A DNA stretch of 64,000 bases from contig NC_092678.1 in assembly GCF_964355755.1 (NCBI RefSeq), positions 13,328,352 through 13,392,351 on the forward strand, written 5' to 3'. A model generated the notes under the pieces. It saw only the letters and a list, made by a program, of their open reading frames with translations. It did not search any database and had not been told where the DNA came from. Numbering within the stretch: position 1 is the first letter of the stretch; every line of letters begins with the position of its first letter. The position numbers and the translations under genes were made by a program. Source of the stretch: Antedon mediterranea (Eukaryota; Animalia; Echinodermata). This document shows, in pieces, positions 12,566 through 26,380 of the stretch.

Positions 12566-12600
12566 GTCCGGTACGCACGTCCGGTACGCACGTCCGGTAC
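12566..12600. repeat. 13-bp tandem repeat
   Basis: gtccggtacgcac x2.7. Confidence 0.9.
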
Positions 12601-13465
12601 CTAAACAATTCTAGGTAATTGAAGCACAAAATGTTATTCCAATTCATAAAAATATGATTTATTTGCACTTTCTGTAAAGATAACATTACATTTTATATCT
12701 TATTTCGTATTAAATCTTAATTCATCATTCTACTGTTATATAGCATATTTCCTATAGAATAATTGTCGGTCTCTACTCGACGTGCGAGGCGCCCTAGACA
12801 TGGAGTTCCATTAGTGTCTCGCGTTTATTTGCATTGATCGAATGGGAAGTGTGATGTCTTCAAACTACACTATCTTTAGTTTGGTGTAGTGATAGATAAA
12901 GTATACTCTATTGTTATTATAATTAATAATCGCTTTTCAGTAATTATTAAAAGATATAGTTATTATTATTATTATGAACATTTCATAGACCAATAAAATG
13001 AAACATTTGTTCAGCATCTCAATCCCCACTGTACTGATGAAATTCCTTTTTAAAGAAAAACGAATATCAATAGCTGATGTGGGTTACTCTCTGTTTTGAT
13101 GATATACCGTAACATCTAATAAAGTAGTGCACCTCGAAAAAAGAACACCTCGAAAAGAAGCCGCTTCTTATAAAAAAAAACGTGTTGAAAGAAGCCCATC
13201 GAAATTATCTGGGCTTCTTTAAGGCTTCGTTAGGCCTATATTGTTTTTACCTCCATGGTTTGACAGTGCAACGGATGATATGCGAAGACATTTGCTGACC
13301 GCTCGTTTTCCGTTGCTTATCCGTTGCAATTTGCCAAGTAACATTAACAATGTGGATTACTATTAAATCTATATAAACATTTAAATTAACAATTTAAAAA
13401 TAAATTAAAGACTTTTATTTCAACTAATGTTATGACAATTTGTGAAGCGCCGCTATAGAAATGTA

Positions 13466-15913
13466 TCTATATATAAATTATGGTTAATTCTGACATAGGC
13501 GAGCACAATGCAAAAACTTCGGTACAAATCTCCGGCTTGGATACCTACTTTATCTATCTCAGATGTACCGCGAAACGTAGATTTGATAACATTAGTTTTC
13601 ACATCGACGCTAATAATAATAATAATTAGATATTATATTGTTAGATGTCCATACCAATTACAAAATTCAATACAAAAACAATGAAAAATAAAAACTGAAA
13701 CGAAAATAAAACATATTTGAGATAATGACATAAAATTTGACTCGACGCTATTACAAAACTTATTTACAAACTAAAACTACACTAATACAACTACTAATTT
13801 TGCAACAGCAATGGAAAAGAAAACACTTTTTTTTTAAAATAAAACAGTTCAAAGTTGTAATACAATTGCATTTCTTAATTTCCAAGCACAGCTTGTGTAC
13901 ATTTTATCTATTGTTCCATATTTCTATCTTATGAAGATATTATAAAGAGTTTTTTAACAAAATTTATGATTTCAACAGTAGATTTTCAACTCGATTTCAA
14001 TTCTTCCCGGTCAAAGTAATTCATGGGTTCACCTTGCAACAACCTGGTTTCAACTATTTTCTCTCTTTTATACACAAGGGAGCAGTTAAAATAATAGATT
14101 TGACCCTAAAGGTGACTGGAAACAGGCACTTTCCATCAATCAACACAGTGTCCCTTTGGAAGAAGGAAGAAAAAAACCGACAGTAGGACTAAGGCCCTGT
14201 TCAGACCCATGGCGTCAGATCGTTTTAGCGTAGGACGCTAAAAGAATGTGTGTCTGAACAGTTGGGGATTAGCGTACAACGCGTCGTACAACGGTTGTAG
14301 CGTTGTAGTGGAAAACGGTTGATAGTACCGTTTTAGCGTACGACGCTATTGTAAGTCAACGTTGTATCCAATCAGAACGTTTCCTTGTTTAACCTAGGCT
14401 GACATCTTGTATCGTCAATGTGTGAGATGGATTTCAATAACAAAAAGGCCAGAATAAATAAGGCCTAACTACACTACAAATACAACTGTTACAAAGGCTA
14501 CAAACTACTATCAACTGATTACCATAATATTTTCTAACAAATGACATAAATACATGCACCTTGTATTTAAACATAGGGACTACGATCCCAACCGCTTTTA
14601 GGCCTCTAGGCCTAGAGCCATTCACGCATTTCATTCAAGCTAAAAACTAGCGTGGGACATCAAGTCATTCATTCATACAAGGCAGACTAGACTGGACAAG
14701 TTTAATGCTGAAAACCCCATAACTCCTAAAAAATTATGTAAACAAACAAGGGGAGCTGTGTCCCTTTTATTAATAGCAAGTTAAATGTTATTTTCAACCG
14801 ACTGGACCAAAGAATATATATCTTTGACTGGACTGGATAGAATAATCACAATCCATTTTTTTTCTTCCTCATTAGGAAGCCTGCTTTTTCGTAACACAAG
14901 AGCCTGGAAAAAATATTTTTTACTACAAAATAAAAACAATAGAAACAGAAATATGGCTAATTTACTATATTTTTCTTAAATAAATACTGAAGTATGTTTT
15001 ATTTACGGCAAATTTTGTCATAATTGTAGGGCTGAGATCTAGGCCTATATACAGTGGAAATAATAATGAAAACACGTGGGTAAGAGCACATGAATATGCA
15101 ACTAGAAACAACCTGAATGACGTACTTCACTTGTGACGACAATCGTACCCTGTGGATCTGAACACCTCGTTTTTTTCTCTGCGGTTTGTAACGTGACCTT
15201 GGCAATTGCTAGTAACGTTGTACACTAAAATGGTCTAACGCCATGAGTCTGAACATAGCATAAGTTGCATCCATTTCAGCTTTTGTTTATTTTAGGAACG
15301 GACCGCGCGTATGTGAAGGTACAGTAATTAAAAAATAAAAATTATACTGCAAATTAATAAAGATCAAAATAAATATACGCCATAAAGAATCGGAATATAT
15401 TGTGGGAAATAGTATTATAAAATTACATAGAGAGATTTGATGATAAGACATTTTGTTTAAAATCGAGTGAAATCCCGATAGTTGATTGAGTAAGCTGGCA
15501 GGAATAACTGTAGGTTATCTGTGTCCCGTTAGGACCGAGATGTCTGCTCATGTTGCAAGCCGTAATGTCTTCTTTTTTGGGCCCACTCTGTCACGGCAGT
15601 TAGTTTCAATAGATGTTTAAATTAAATAATGTATTAATAATTATTAAGATGGTATTTATTTGAATAAACGCCTCTCCAATAAAACATCACTTTGAATAAT
15701 AATCATTATACTATTTGTAGTAGAATTCATCGCACTGTTATCTACAATTTACCAAGCATTTCTTATTCCTTGTTACCACTTTTCATATCTATTAAAGGAT
15801 TTCATTTGATTATAAATGTTACCATATTATTAAAATTTAAACATTTAATAATTCCGAGAACCATCGTCTACACTTCCTAGAGGAGGAGCGAGCGAAGCGA
15901 GCTCACCCTCTAG
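13466..15913 (+). mobile_element. Non-autonomous Helitron, family 2, containing a nested TIR element
   Basis: Starts A|TCTATATATAAATT and ends CTAGAGGAGGAGCGAGCGAAGCGAGCTCACCCTCTAG|T. The 3' end also shares gagaaccatc with family 1. Pairing of these two ends is inferred. Confidence 0.7.
14193..15260. mobile_element. Non-autonomous PIF/Harbinger-like DNA transposon
   Basis: ~40-bp imperfect TIRs (tgttcagac.catggcgt.aga.c.ttttag) with TAA on both sides (14190-14192, 15261-15263). Confidence 0.8.
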
Positions 15914-16087
15914 TATCGCTAAATAAGTGTTAATGTTAATACCTTAATTGATAATACTTTAGGCATATAACGAATGTTAACATTAACAGAATATAAGATT
16001 TGTTTGATTGATACATAATTTTATAGTGGAATTTTATAACTGTAATTTAGTGATAATTGACCCATAACCTCTATCGTTTATTTAACG

Positions 16088-16404
16088 TTGTTTGTTTGTT
16101 TTATCTTTATACTGGGTGACCTCTTCAGTCAAAGACTGATCTCCCAGAGGGCCCAGTTGGTGATCAGTGGCTGTGATGTACTAATACACCGGGGTAACCC
16201 CCTACTCGTCTCGAAAGATGTACTAGGTTCTTTAAAGTGCACACGAGCAAGTTGTGTACACTGGACCTACGGTTTATAGTCCTTATCCGAGAAGACTCGT
16301 TCTACCACCAGAACCATGGAGTGAGTGAGCCTCGAACCCCTGCCGATTTTTTGGCTACGAAATTACGGTTCCACTGTCTTAACCGCTCGGCCACTCACTC
16401 ACTC
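16088..16404 (-). mobile_element. tRNA-derived SINE with a Deu/Nin-type core
   Basis: A box TGGCCGAGCGG (16383-16393) and B box GGTTCGAGGC (16329-16338). Core TCGGATAAGGACTATAAACCGTAGGTCC...GAGTAGGGGGTTACCCCGGTGT resembles the Deu domain; (AAAC)n tail. Confidence 0.8.
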
Positions 16405-16603
16405 ACTCGGTACCAAAAAATATTAGATATGACGAATATGACGAATCGACAAACAGTACTTACTTGCCGTGTACACTGTGGTCGGTCCAGTATGAGTTTA
16501 TTCTCATCTAATTATTTCCTTAGAAAAAAAAAACTTTAAAAACTTAAATACTTATTTATTCGTCATTTAAACAATATTGATGTAATTGTTGTTGTGAACC
16601 TTA

Positions 16604-17736
16604 TCTATATATAAATTTACGTAAGGGCAAAAATTGGTAAATCGTGCGTTATTTCTAGAATGTTTACGCGATGGTATATAAAGTTGGTTCGTACTTTCGG
16701 TACTAATTTTAACCACCTGATGTAACCCTGTTTACTAATTAAATTGAGTTCGATAATTAGTTATTGACGATTAAAACGAATTTAGGTTCAAAGATTTGCC
16801 CCAAATAGGGGTGTTTTCCGATCGTGGTATACACTGTCTAATGGATGTCAATTTGAAAAATACCCGCACACAATAATACGAGGACGCTTCGCATTTTCCT
16901 ATCTCCTCCTACGATAATTGTTTTTAATAGCTGAAAACCGGTTGAACAGTTCGAGTACAGCATCATGATGTTGAAGACAGGCCGATTTTCTTTAAAAAAT
17001 GCTATTTTGATACATGTAATATACATTTTTACAAATGTATTGATTTGTGATGAATGGAACATTCCAAATTATTTGGTTTAACCATAGAGGTATAGATTTA
17101 GATTTATGGGCCCCCTTGTAGAGTAAACATAAATAGTATTGCAATGCTGTACAATACTGTTAAGGTATTGTTAGATTATAAACATATAATATACAAATAA
17201 ATAAACGTTATTACTGACAGTTGCTTCTCAACGTTTGTATTAATTAATAATTTAAAAAATATATAAACGTACGTAGTGGTACGTGTATCGTTACATGTAC
17301 TTTACTATTTCAATAGACTATGACAGTGAGAGTTTTAACAAAGTATTAAATCGTAAATGTTTTACTGTATTTAGTGGTATATTATTTATAGGCCTATAAA
17401 ACATTAAAAACAATATTTCGTTACTGAGTGGATAAGAATATATTTTAAAATGTTTCCTCTTTGTACCTATCTTCTTCCCCCATCCCTCAACCCTTAATGT
17501 TACATACAAAACACAAATTGGGTTTGTTTAAATGAGTCCAAATAAACAAATTTGACTCATTTTGTTTCTCTCTCGGAAGTAATTCCCAGGGTGCTAAATT
17601 TAGCTGACTACATAAATCATCGTGTATATTTATTCGTTTCTGTAAACGACAATGTATTATAGTCCTGCAGTACGTACATTTGAAATCTCCATTTTTTTCT
17701 CGCTGGAAAATACTGTGTATTCGAGAACCATCTGTG
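16604..17736 (+). mobile_element. Non-autonomous Helitron family 1, copy A (3' hairpin missing)
   Basis: Starts A|TCTATATATAAATTTACG. It is the reverse complement of copies B-D along its length and stops at gagaaccatctgtg. Confidence 0.88.
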
Positions 17737-17968
17737 AACCTGTCCGTTATTAGTCATCATGGGCTTTATTTGTCCATATAGGGGGTTTTCTGTCTAAAAC
17801 GGACAGAACAATAATGAACAAATTAAACACTTATACTTACAGATTTCACCGAATTGTAACTGTGTTTGCTTTATCATGTTGTGATTAATTGTAAGAACCG
17901 TATCAATGTATAGTCTGGTGAAGATTCTGTGAAAAAAAATACTACTGCATGCTTGGTATATTGCTAAT

Positions 17969-18101
17969 GCTTGGTTCCACTAGAGAGGCGCAATGCACAG
18001 AGCGCAACGTCAGTGACCAATCACAAGCGATGGAGTTTGTGATTGGTCAACTCACTTGCGCTTTGTCTATGTCCTTGCATTGCGTCTCTAGTGGGAACCA
18101 C
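17969..18101. mobile_element. Palindromic MITE (Harbinger-like)
   Basis: ggttccactagaga.gcgcaatgca ... tgcattgcgtctctagtgggaacc forms a near-full-length hairpin with an internal tgaccaatcacaa/ttgtgattggtca pair. Confidence 0.7.
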
Positions 18102-19060
18102 AATTTACTGTATGTAAACATTTATTAAACTTAGATTTAAATAAATCAATGGTGTGAAAATATAATAAGTTTTTTTCTATTGTTATAATTGTCTGGTAAT
18201 AAGGTAGGATGATGGTATAGGAGTTAAGACAGTATGAGTTGCTGATTGGAGGAAAGTGTGCATATGTATATGTTTTGTTGAATGAGAGGTTGTTGAATGG
18301 AAGGGGAATTATGAACAAGATACGAGACAGAGAAAAATGGCTATGTTGAGAAAAAAACATCAAACTAATTTGAAGTTATTTTGATTCATTTATCAACAAT
18401 TTATCCACCAAATGTATCCAAAAAGAAGGAGTGAATTGTTAGTATTGAAATAATTTGGTTTATCAATTCAACATACATACAAACAAATAATAACGATGTG
18501 TGTGTGTGTGTTAAATATGATCATAATGAAAATAAACAGATACTACTTTTGCTTAAACATAGATATTTTTTCTGAAGTAGATAAGAAGAATTAATAATTA
18601 TTAATTCTTTGAACATAAATATTACGATGAAATACGTTAATGTATATATACATTGTGTGTAACAACTAATGGCAAAAGGGAGACTTTAACATATGGATTC
18701 GAATACAATCAATTAACTTCTCTCAACGGTTTGTAAACAAATAAATAATTAATCAAAGGATATATCTGACAATTCAATTAAACGTTTACAACACGATCGG
18801 AAGTGATTTTTGCAGGTGAGTTTAGTAGAGATTGAGCAGTAAAGCAAACTTTATTTAACAAACGCTTTTGTATCAGCGGCACACGTTTATAAGACGCACC
18901 AGGCCAGCTAGTCTGGGATCCAGAGGGAGGTTTGTTTTAATATTAGAAAAAAAGATTAATATTTTGGCACATATGGCGTGTCATACGTATACTACTTGAG
19001 TTTGGATACTATTTTCAGACAAGAATCTAAATAAAATCAAAATAAATAAAAAAAAGACAA

Positions 19061-19248
19061 TGAATACAGACTTGAGGCAAGTCTACATGTCGGCTGGTCC
19101 TCCCGTCCCATTGAATACGCCTCTGAATTGAATACAGACTTGAGGCAAGTCCTCCCGTCCCTTTGAATACGCCTCTGAATTGAATACAGACTTGGGGCAA
19201 TTCTACAGGTCGGCTGGTCCTCCCCTCCAATTGAATTCGCCTCTGAAT
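19061..19248. repeat. Minisatellite, 3 imperfect units of ~50-70 bp
   Basis: tgaatacagacttgaggcaa...gtcctcccgtccc.ttgaatacgcctctgaat repeated three times. Confidence 0.85.
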
Positions 19249-19757
19249 TTCGTCACTTTATGGTTACTCAACTTTTTATTTACTTTCTTTTAATTACTTT
19301 GTGATAACAATCCTGTCAATCCCAATGCAACTGCTGTATATACAATGCTGTTTTGACCTACGTCACCAGTTAAGTAAAACTCTATATCGACACACATATA
19401 TTGCCATCTCTTGTCTGAAAAAAAAAAAACAGTAAACTAAATCTTATTTACAACGCTTCTACCAGATCTTAGTTAGCGTATATCGTACAAAGTTTAGAAT
19501 TACTGTAGAATAACATAATGCCAGCAACATCAGTAACAAACTCATAATTTATTTAGTATAGGCCTGGTGAAACGATTTATCTAATCAATTTGGTAAATTA
19601 TCTAAAAGCAATATCATAATTTAATGAAGACCACCGAAAACAAGTGTTATGCGTTGGAAAGAATCACGGATGTAAGGTTAATTCGCGAAATACGAGTGAG
19701 TGAACTTACGGAATTGTGTAAAATCGTCAACGAATCAGTACGGAATTACGTAACAAG

Positions 19758-19818
19758 ATGTTAATCTTTAGCGTTATTATGTTGTTGGTTGTTCTACCGT
19801 ATTCAAACTGTTCTATTC
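19758..19818 (+). CDS. CUB-LRR gene, first coding exon (signal peptide)
   Basis: aagATG start; MLIFSVIMLLVVLPYSNCSI is a hydrophobic signal-like peptide. The strong donor gtgagt is phase 1, matching the CUB exon. Confidence 0.7.
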
Positions 19819-21672
19819 GTGAGTATGGTTTCAAGTACTTCAACTTGTTTTACTTTTTAAATCAAAAAAATATCTTAGAATTGATTGAATGTCGTAATTC
19901 TCCACAATTGTATACAATCGTTTCTATCTTGAGCACTTCCCAACCGTGATTATTTTTCTATAGAAAAATGGTCAATACTGTAGAACATAGTAACAATTGG
20001 CAGACTGATTTAAAAAAAAACTTATAATGTGTGGATTGGAAATTTTAATTCTCCGCAGTTTTACACAATCTTTGGTATATTCTGTAGAACATAGTATAAA
20101 CAACAATTGTCCGACTAATTTTCTTAAACTTTTTAAATCAACAACATTTGAAAAATTCAGTGGAAATCGTAATTCGATTCAATTTTACACATTCAATTTT
20201 TGTCTTTATCTCTCTTGATCAATCTCTTTTTACATAACATAATAAAAATTGTCTGAAAATAACATGAACTCAGTCAGACGATTGTTGTAATATTACATAC
20301 GTAAAGAAGAAGACGATAGGCATTTGTTATTTGTAAATTTGATTGACCTGGTAGTAGTCTTTTTCGTTTGTTTTATCCATGTTTCACCCACATGTGTGTG
20401 AACACTAAGCTTTTGCGCATGTGCAGATTCAGGTTTTGCCGTAAGAATAGATTAGGTGCTGATTTCTTTGTACAGTTAAAACTGGACACCTAATAAACGG
20501 AAATCGCTAACCATTTATTATTTACCCAATTAAATTGATATATTTTAATTCATAGTTAATTTATAAAATGACTTGCATGCTATACGGACACCTCACATAA
20601 AGCACACTCACCCAAAAGTAAATTTTTAAGTGATTGTTATTCCTGTATTTAATAGAAATACTTCCATCAAGTCACGTAATCGGACACTTTCTGATACAAT
20701 TATAATAAACGTACACAATACTGAAACATACATTACTGAACCAATATAATTGTACACAATTATAATTTTATAATACGAACGCCTAGAAAATTGAGAGGCT
20801 CTCCCTCTTCGCTTTTACTCGGCGCGAAATATTTACCGACCTCTTGCAAGCGAAAACTGCCCGTACTAGGTATATAAATGGAATATGTAGGTGTATATTG
20901 TGGTAAGCATAAACGAGATTAAACAAATATATACACATTGACACTACTTAACTGTGATATTGTTTATGTATAATACTTTTATCTGTAATGGTATAGGCCA
21001 AAATGACGACATACAATGGTGACGACGATGATATTGGATATAAATAAAACAATCATTTGACTAAATATTATAATAATATTATGAAATTTATAATCCTTCA
21101 TTTAATACTAAAATCATTTTTTGGATGTTATAGGTCTATTTCATTAGATTAATTCAATTTGGTGAATGATTCTGATATTTCAAAATACTGAGTAAGCCTA
21201 CAAACATTACGACGTTGGTAAAGAGAGAGAAAGTGATGCATAATCGAAGGTCAACGATTTAGAAAAAAATATGGCTTTTGAAAGCTCTGATTCGCTCTGA
21301 TACTTTTTATTTGTTATTTATTCTACACTACATCAGTACAAATATAATTGCATGATTTTTATTTATTATTTTAATAATCAAACATTTTATAAATGTGATA
21401 AAATGGGCCGGTAATCCGCATATGCATCTCAGTCACTTTAATAAATATTCTGCATTTCTAAAAGCTAATATTTTTAGAAATATAAAGGTAATTTTTAATT
21501 TTGCAAAATGAAATGATAATATTTAATTTCTTAAAATGAGAAAATCAATAATATTTAAATCTCATTCGAATCTGATCTAATCCGCTTCTCGAGATGAATT
21601 TCTTGCTATTTTTCACGCTATTAGTCATAATATAATATTTATTATTATCAAACTAATTCTACATTTTTGCAG

Positions 21673-22014
21673 AATGTAACAAGGATATTCATCTTGAATC
21701 GGAGAACTCTTCATATGCATTTTGGTCTCCTAATTATCCGAAGAACTACGACAACAATTTAAACTGTACATGGATGGTTACAACTTCTCCAGAGTTGTTC
21801 ATTCATCTTGAGTTCAACGACTTTCAACTGGAGGACAGATATGATTATGTGAATATAGCTTTCGCAGAAAATGAATATAAAGTTAGGTTTACAGGTTCAG
21901 TATTTGGTTCTGCAGTTTCCAACAACAACACAATGTGGATTGCTTTATCTACTGATGTTATTGCAACACAGAGAGGATTTAATGCAACAGTTACTGCAGT
22001 AATTGTTACGCAAG
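21673..22014 (+). CDS. CUB-LRR gene, CUB domain exon
   Basis: ttttgcag acceptor and gtaaat donor; 342 nt, phase 1-1, open. C...SPNYPKNYDNNLNCTW...IHLEFNDFQLE..YDYV...STD...RGFNA is a typical CUB domain. Confidence 0.92.
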
Positions 22015-23455
22015 GTAAATAAACGTTAACCAAATTTATCAAAATATTTGAAAATAATTGAATTGGTTCAAAAAAGTATTCACATTTCAGGCTAAACAAA
22101 TAAGTGAAATGAGAATTATATAAAGATATCACATGAATAAATAATTATTTACATTTAATGTCACATAAGAGTTATTCGCATATACCAAAACTTGAATTTT
22201 AAGAAATAAATTTACTTGAAAAACTGTAATTTAAAGAATAACATAGACAAATTGGCTGTTAGCACAATGAGGTTTTGTTCCTGTTTTTTCGGAATTGATT
22301 AACTTTATTGAAACTACAGTCTTTTTCTTAATTGTTCATGTTTTTGTTGTAAAATAAAAATAACGGATGCGTTTAATATTAATTTTGAAAGTAGGATACT
22401 ATGAAAATATTTTGGGCTTATTGTAGGTTTTAATGTTTTTTTAACATTAATAATACATGATTGTATTACAAATATTGATACCTGATTAGGCTTATTGACG
22501 ATTTCATAGAAAAAAAACTTAACAGAGAAACACTACTTGCGACAATTCTAAAATAAAACAATAATAATATAGTAAATGCTCAAGTCTCTTTTATTTCGGG
22601 TTTTTTTTAACGTTTAGTTTGCCGATTAGATGTTTCCAGATCAAGTTGTTATAATGTTAAGACGAATCGCCCTCTATATTCCAGAAACTAGGCTATGTTC
22701 CTGCCATTAATTGATTATTTAATTGATTAATAATAACCTAGTATATGCTGTTTACTTGATTCATAAACAAGAAATTAGGAAAATAAACTAAAGTTAACAA
22801 TTATGACGTCGAAAAATCAATTGATCAATTGTAAGAAATTCACAAACGTAATGATAAGAAGTTTCCAAATGAAAATAATTCAAAGTTACTTTTTGCAAAG
22901 GAGACTTCATCCCGACAGCAATTTCGATATTATTACAAACGACACACACTCATGAATCCCTGTCCTGTTGAAATGTAAAACATTAGGCTATTCCATCACG
23001 ACTCCGACTCTATAACCACTACTCCGGAGAAGACAGACAAGGAGGCAACGCTATGATGGTGTACGGTATTGTTGTAGGCTATACCACTTCCACCGGCAGA
23101 CAAAATTGGACACGGAATTGAGAGATCTTTGAAGCAACAAGAGATTTCTTTTGTTATCAATATTTATCCAGTGTGTGGCAAATCCACAAATCCAAATTAC
23201 AGATGTAACAGTAGTGTATCAAAATGATATTAGTTTATGATATCTTTGAAGAATGACCAATCACAATTAAGATACATCTACATTTTACAAAACGTCCAGT
23301 TCTACTCAAGAGCCAAGTCCTATACAATTAATAGTTAAATGGCAAACATAGTTAATACGTTTTATTGCAATTTTTTAAATCAGGGTTTTACTGTCCATTT
23401 AATTAAATTCGAAACTATTAACTAGTTATTTTCACAAACATATTTTTTTTTACAG

Positions 23456-23588
23456 AACAATTGTTCCTAACACAGATATGTCCAATCAAATGCACATGTA
23501 CATTTACCTACTTAAGCTGTCAGAAATATATTATTACAACAGCAGAATCCGTCAGGACCTACAATAATTATCAACCAATAACAAACTT
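23456..23588 (+). CDS. CUB-LRR gene, LRR N-terminal cap exon
   Basis: (t)n-acag acceptor and gtaagt donor; phase 1-2, open. EQLFLTQICPIKCTCTFTYLSCQK...ITNL contains the LRRNT pattern CPxxCxC-x6-C. Confidence 0.85.
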
Positions 23589-23740
23589 GTAAGTATCATC
23601 CAAGAACCTGTTTTGTGCAAACTGTAAGCCTACATAAGACAAGCGTAGTAACATTAAAACGTTAATCGCAGATACGTTACGTTATTTCTACCATTTATTA
23701 TTATTTATTATTTCCAAAAAACATATTATAATTTATAATA

Positions 23741-24967
23741 CTAGATGGTACGCTCGCTTCGCTCGCGTACCATCTAGTTCGTGCCCACAGATGGTTCTCG
23801 AATATATAGTAATTTCAGCGTAAAAAAACTGGCGATTTCTAATGTACGTACGGCAGGACTATAAAACATTGTCGTTTACAGAAACAAATAAATAGACACA
23901 ATGATTTATGTAGTCAACCAAAATTATCACCTAGAAACTTGTCATTAGAGTTGAGCGTTGGGGATGAGTTACAAAGAGGAACAATTTTTTAATATATTCT
24001 TTATATTAAATTATTCTTTATATTTCTTTTATATCCACTCAGTAACGAAATATTTTTTTATAGGCCTATAAATAATATACCACTAAATAGAGTAAAACAT
24101 TTCCGATTTAATACTTTATTAAAACTGTCACCGTCTCATGGTCGTTTTAAATAGTGAAGTACATTTAAAGACCACTAATACGTTTATATTTTTGTAATTA
24201 TTAATTAATACAAACGTTGAGAAACAACTGACAGTAATAAAGTATTATATTATTATGGGTTTATAATCTAAAAGTAGGGGCTACCCACACTCATAGTGAT
24301 AACGTTTATTAATATATTTGTTTATATTATATCTAACAGTACCAACACACTTTTGATTCAAATGGCGATCAAAAGTGGTTAATACCTATTTGCAGTATTG
24401 TATAGAATTACAATACTATTTCTGTTTATTCTCCAAGGGTCTATACATTTACCTACTTGTGTTACACCATGGAGGTATGCAAGTATGGTTAAACGAAATA
24501 ATTTGGAATGTTCCATTCATTGCAAATCAATACATTTGTATAAACGTATATTAAATCTATCAAAATAGTATTTTTTAAAGAAAATCGGCCTGTCTTCAAC
24601 ATTATGATGCTGTACTTGAGCTGTTCAACCGGTTTTCAGCCATTAAAAACAGTTATCGTAGGAGGAGATAGGAAAATGCGAAGCATCCTCGTATTATTGT
24701 ATGCGGGTATTTTTCACGATGGACATGCATTAGACAGTGTATACCACGATCGGAAAACATCCCTATTTGGGGCAAATCGTTGAACCTAAATTCGTTTTAA
24801 TTGCCAATAACTAATTATCTGACTCAATTTAATTAGTAAACAGGGTTACATCAGGTGGTTAAAATCAGTACCGAAAGTACGAACCAACTTTATATACCAT
24901 CGAGTAAACATTCTAGAAGTAACGCGCGATTTACCGAATTTTGCCCTTACGTAAATTTATATATAGA
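23741..24967 (-). mobile_element. Non-autonomous Helitron family 1, copy B
   Basis: Minus strand A|TCTATATAT...CTAGATGGTACGCGAGCGAAGCGAGCGTACCATCTAG|T, no TSD. Confidence 0.92.
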
Positions 24968-25362
24968 TTGTTATTACAGATTATAGAAATGAGAATCATT
25001 TAAATTAGAACATGCAACATTGAAATGTTGATCGCAGTTACGTTATTTATACAAATAATGTTATTATGATTATACTATTGTTATTACAAATTATAGAAAT
25101 GAAAATGATACATCGGAAAATTAAAATTAGTTAATTGTAAAAACACAGGACTAGCGTAAACGAATCATTCAAATTAACAAAACAACGATTTCAGTACGTG
25201 GTTCATTTACGATACGTAAGTTCCATAAATTGGTTGATACATTACATTTACGAAGTGACCGGTCTGGAGGGTCAAAGTTTATTTTAAACTTTCCATGCCA
25301 TCTTTGACTATGTATTTTTTAATTTTTAATAAAGAAATGAAATGAGATACATCGTGCACTCC

Positions 25363-25507
25363 TTCGAATTGTATAACAAATGTGTTTCCAAAACGTCCCT
25401 TATCTTTTCACTATCTCGTTCGAATTGTATACCAACTGTGTTTCCAAAACGTCCCCTATCTTTTCACTATCTCGTTCGAATTGTATACCAACTGTGTTTC
25501 CAAAACG
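25363..25507. repeat. 56-bp tandem repeat, ~2.6 copies
   Basis: ttcgaattgtataccaactgtgtttccaaaacgtcccctatcttttcactatctcg repeated. Confidence 0.9.
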
Positions 25508-26380
25508 CCATTCAATAGTAACAAATAGAATAATACAATCGTGGGAGAACAGAACTGAAAAATCCTCAATTGAAAAACCAGCATTGCACCGCGCAATTAA
25601 CCACGGAAACAGGCACAATTATTATTACACAGTGGGTTAACACAAAAAGTAACGGATGTTAGAATCAAAGGCACTAAATAACGAACATGTACATATATAA
25701 TAATTTTCAGACTTCCTACGTCCGTAAATTAGATAACGAACGGTATTTTATACAATGTTTTTATTATTTTGTTACTTGATTATTCATAATTTTAAAAAAT
25801 TGAATTGAATCAATGTATGAGTGTGTGTAGATGCACCGTTTGATCTCATCGAGCTAGTTATCAGATAACATCGATTTTCTGTATAAATGTCTTTCTTTAT
25901 CGTTTAGTTATACTTTAATTATTGTAGGCTACCCTCAGATTACATCGGCTGTGTTGGTTTGAGTCTAAACATGTACTATTTTTTCTATTTTCTGTAACAA
26001 ATAAGTTACCCATACAGTTGCTAAGTTTCTGTTTATATTAAGAAATTGATTAGTTAGCAATTGCCTTTAAGATATTAAAATGTTATCCCACCGTCTTAAG
26101 GTTTTCTCTGTTATCGACTATTTAAACTAACAACCTATTCCTGACGTACTACGTACTCAATCGATACCCTTTGTATTTTAATACAGATCAATTATTTTAC
26201 GGTCACTATTTCATCCACTGACTTGTTGTTACTTGTTTGCATAGCTATCCCCATTATTTGGGACATTTCGCCGTCATTGACATTATGTTGACATAGCACA
26301 ACAAAGAGAGACATTGATTTTGATGAGAAGGTCATAATAACTAAATTGGTCTCTCATATACATGCCAAACTTGTTGAATA

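Noticed and set aside
16320-16404. Possible tRNA gene (A and B boxes)
   Set aside because: No clean cloverleaf, and it continues into a SINE core and (AAAC)n tail.
19061-19248. Repeat-spacer-like pattern
   Set aside because: The apparent spacers are themselves repeated; it is a simple minisatellite.
22900-23300. Possible exon between the CUB and LRRNT exons (e.g. LDLa)
   Set aside because: No Cys-rich open frame with splice sites; it looks like a decayed LINE endonuclease scrap, and CUB joins LRRNT in phase without it.
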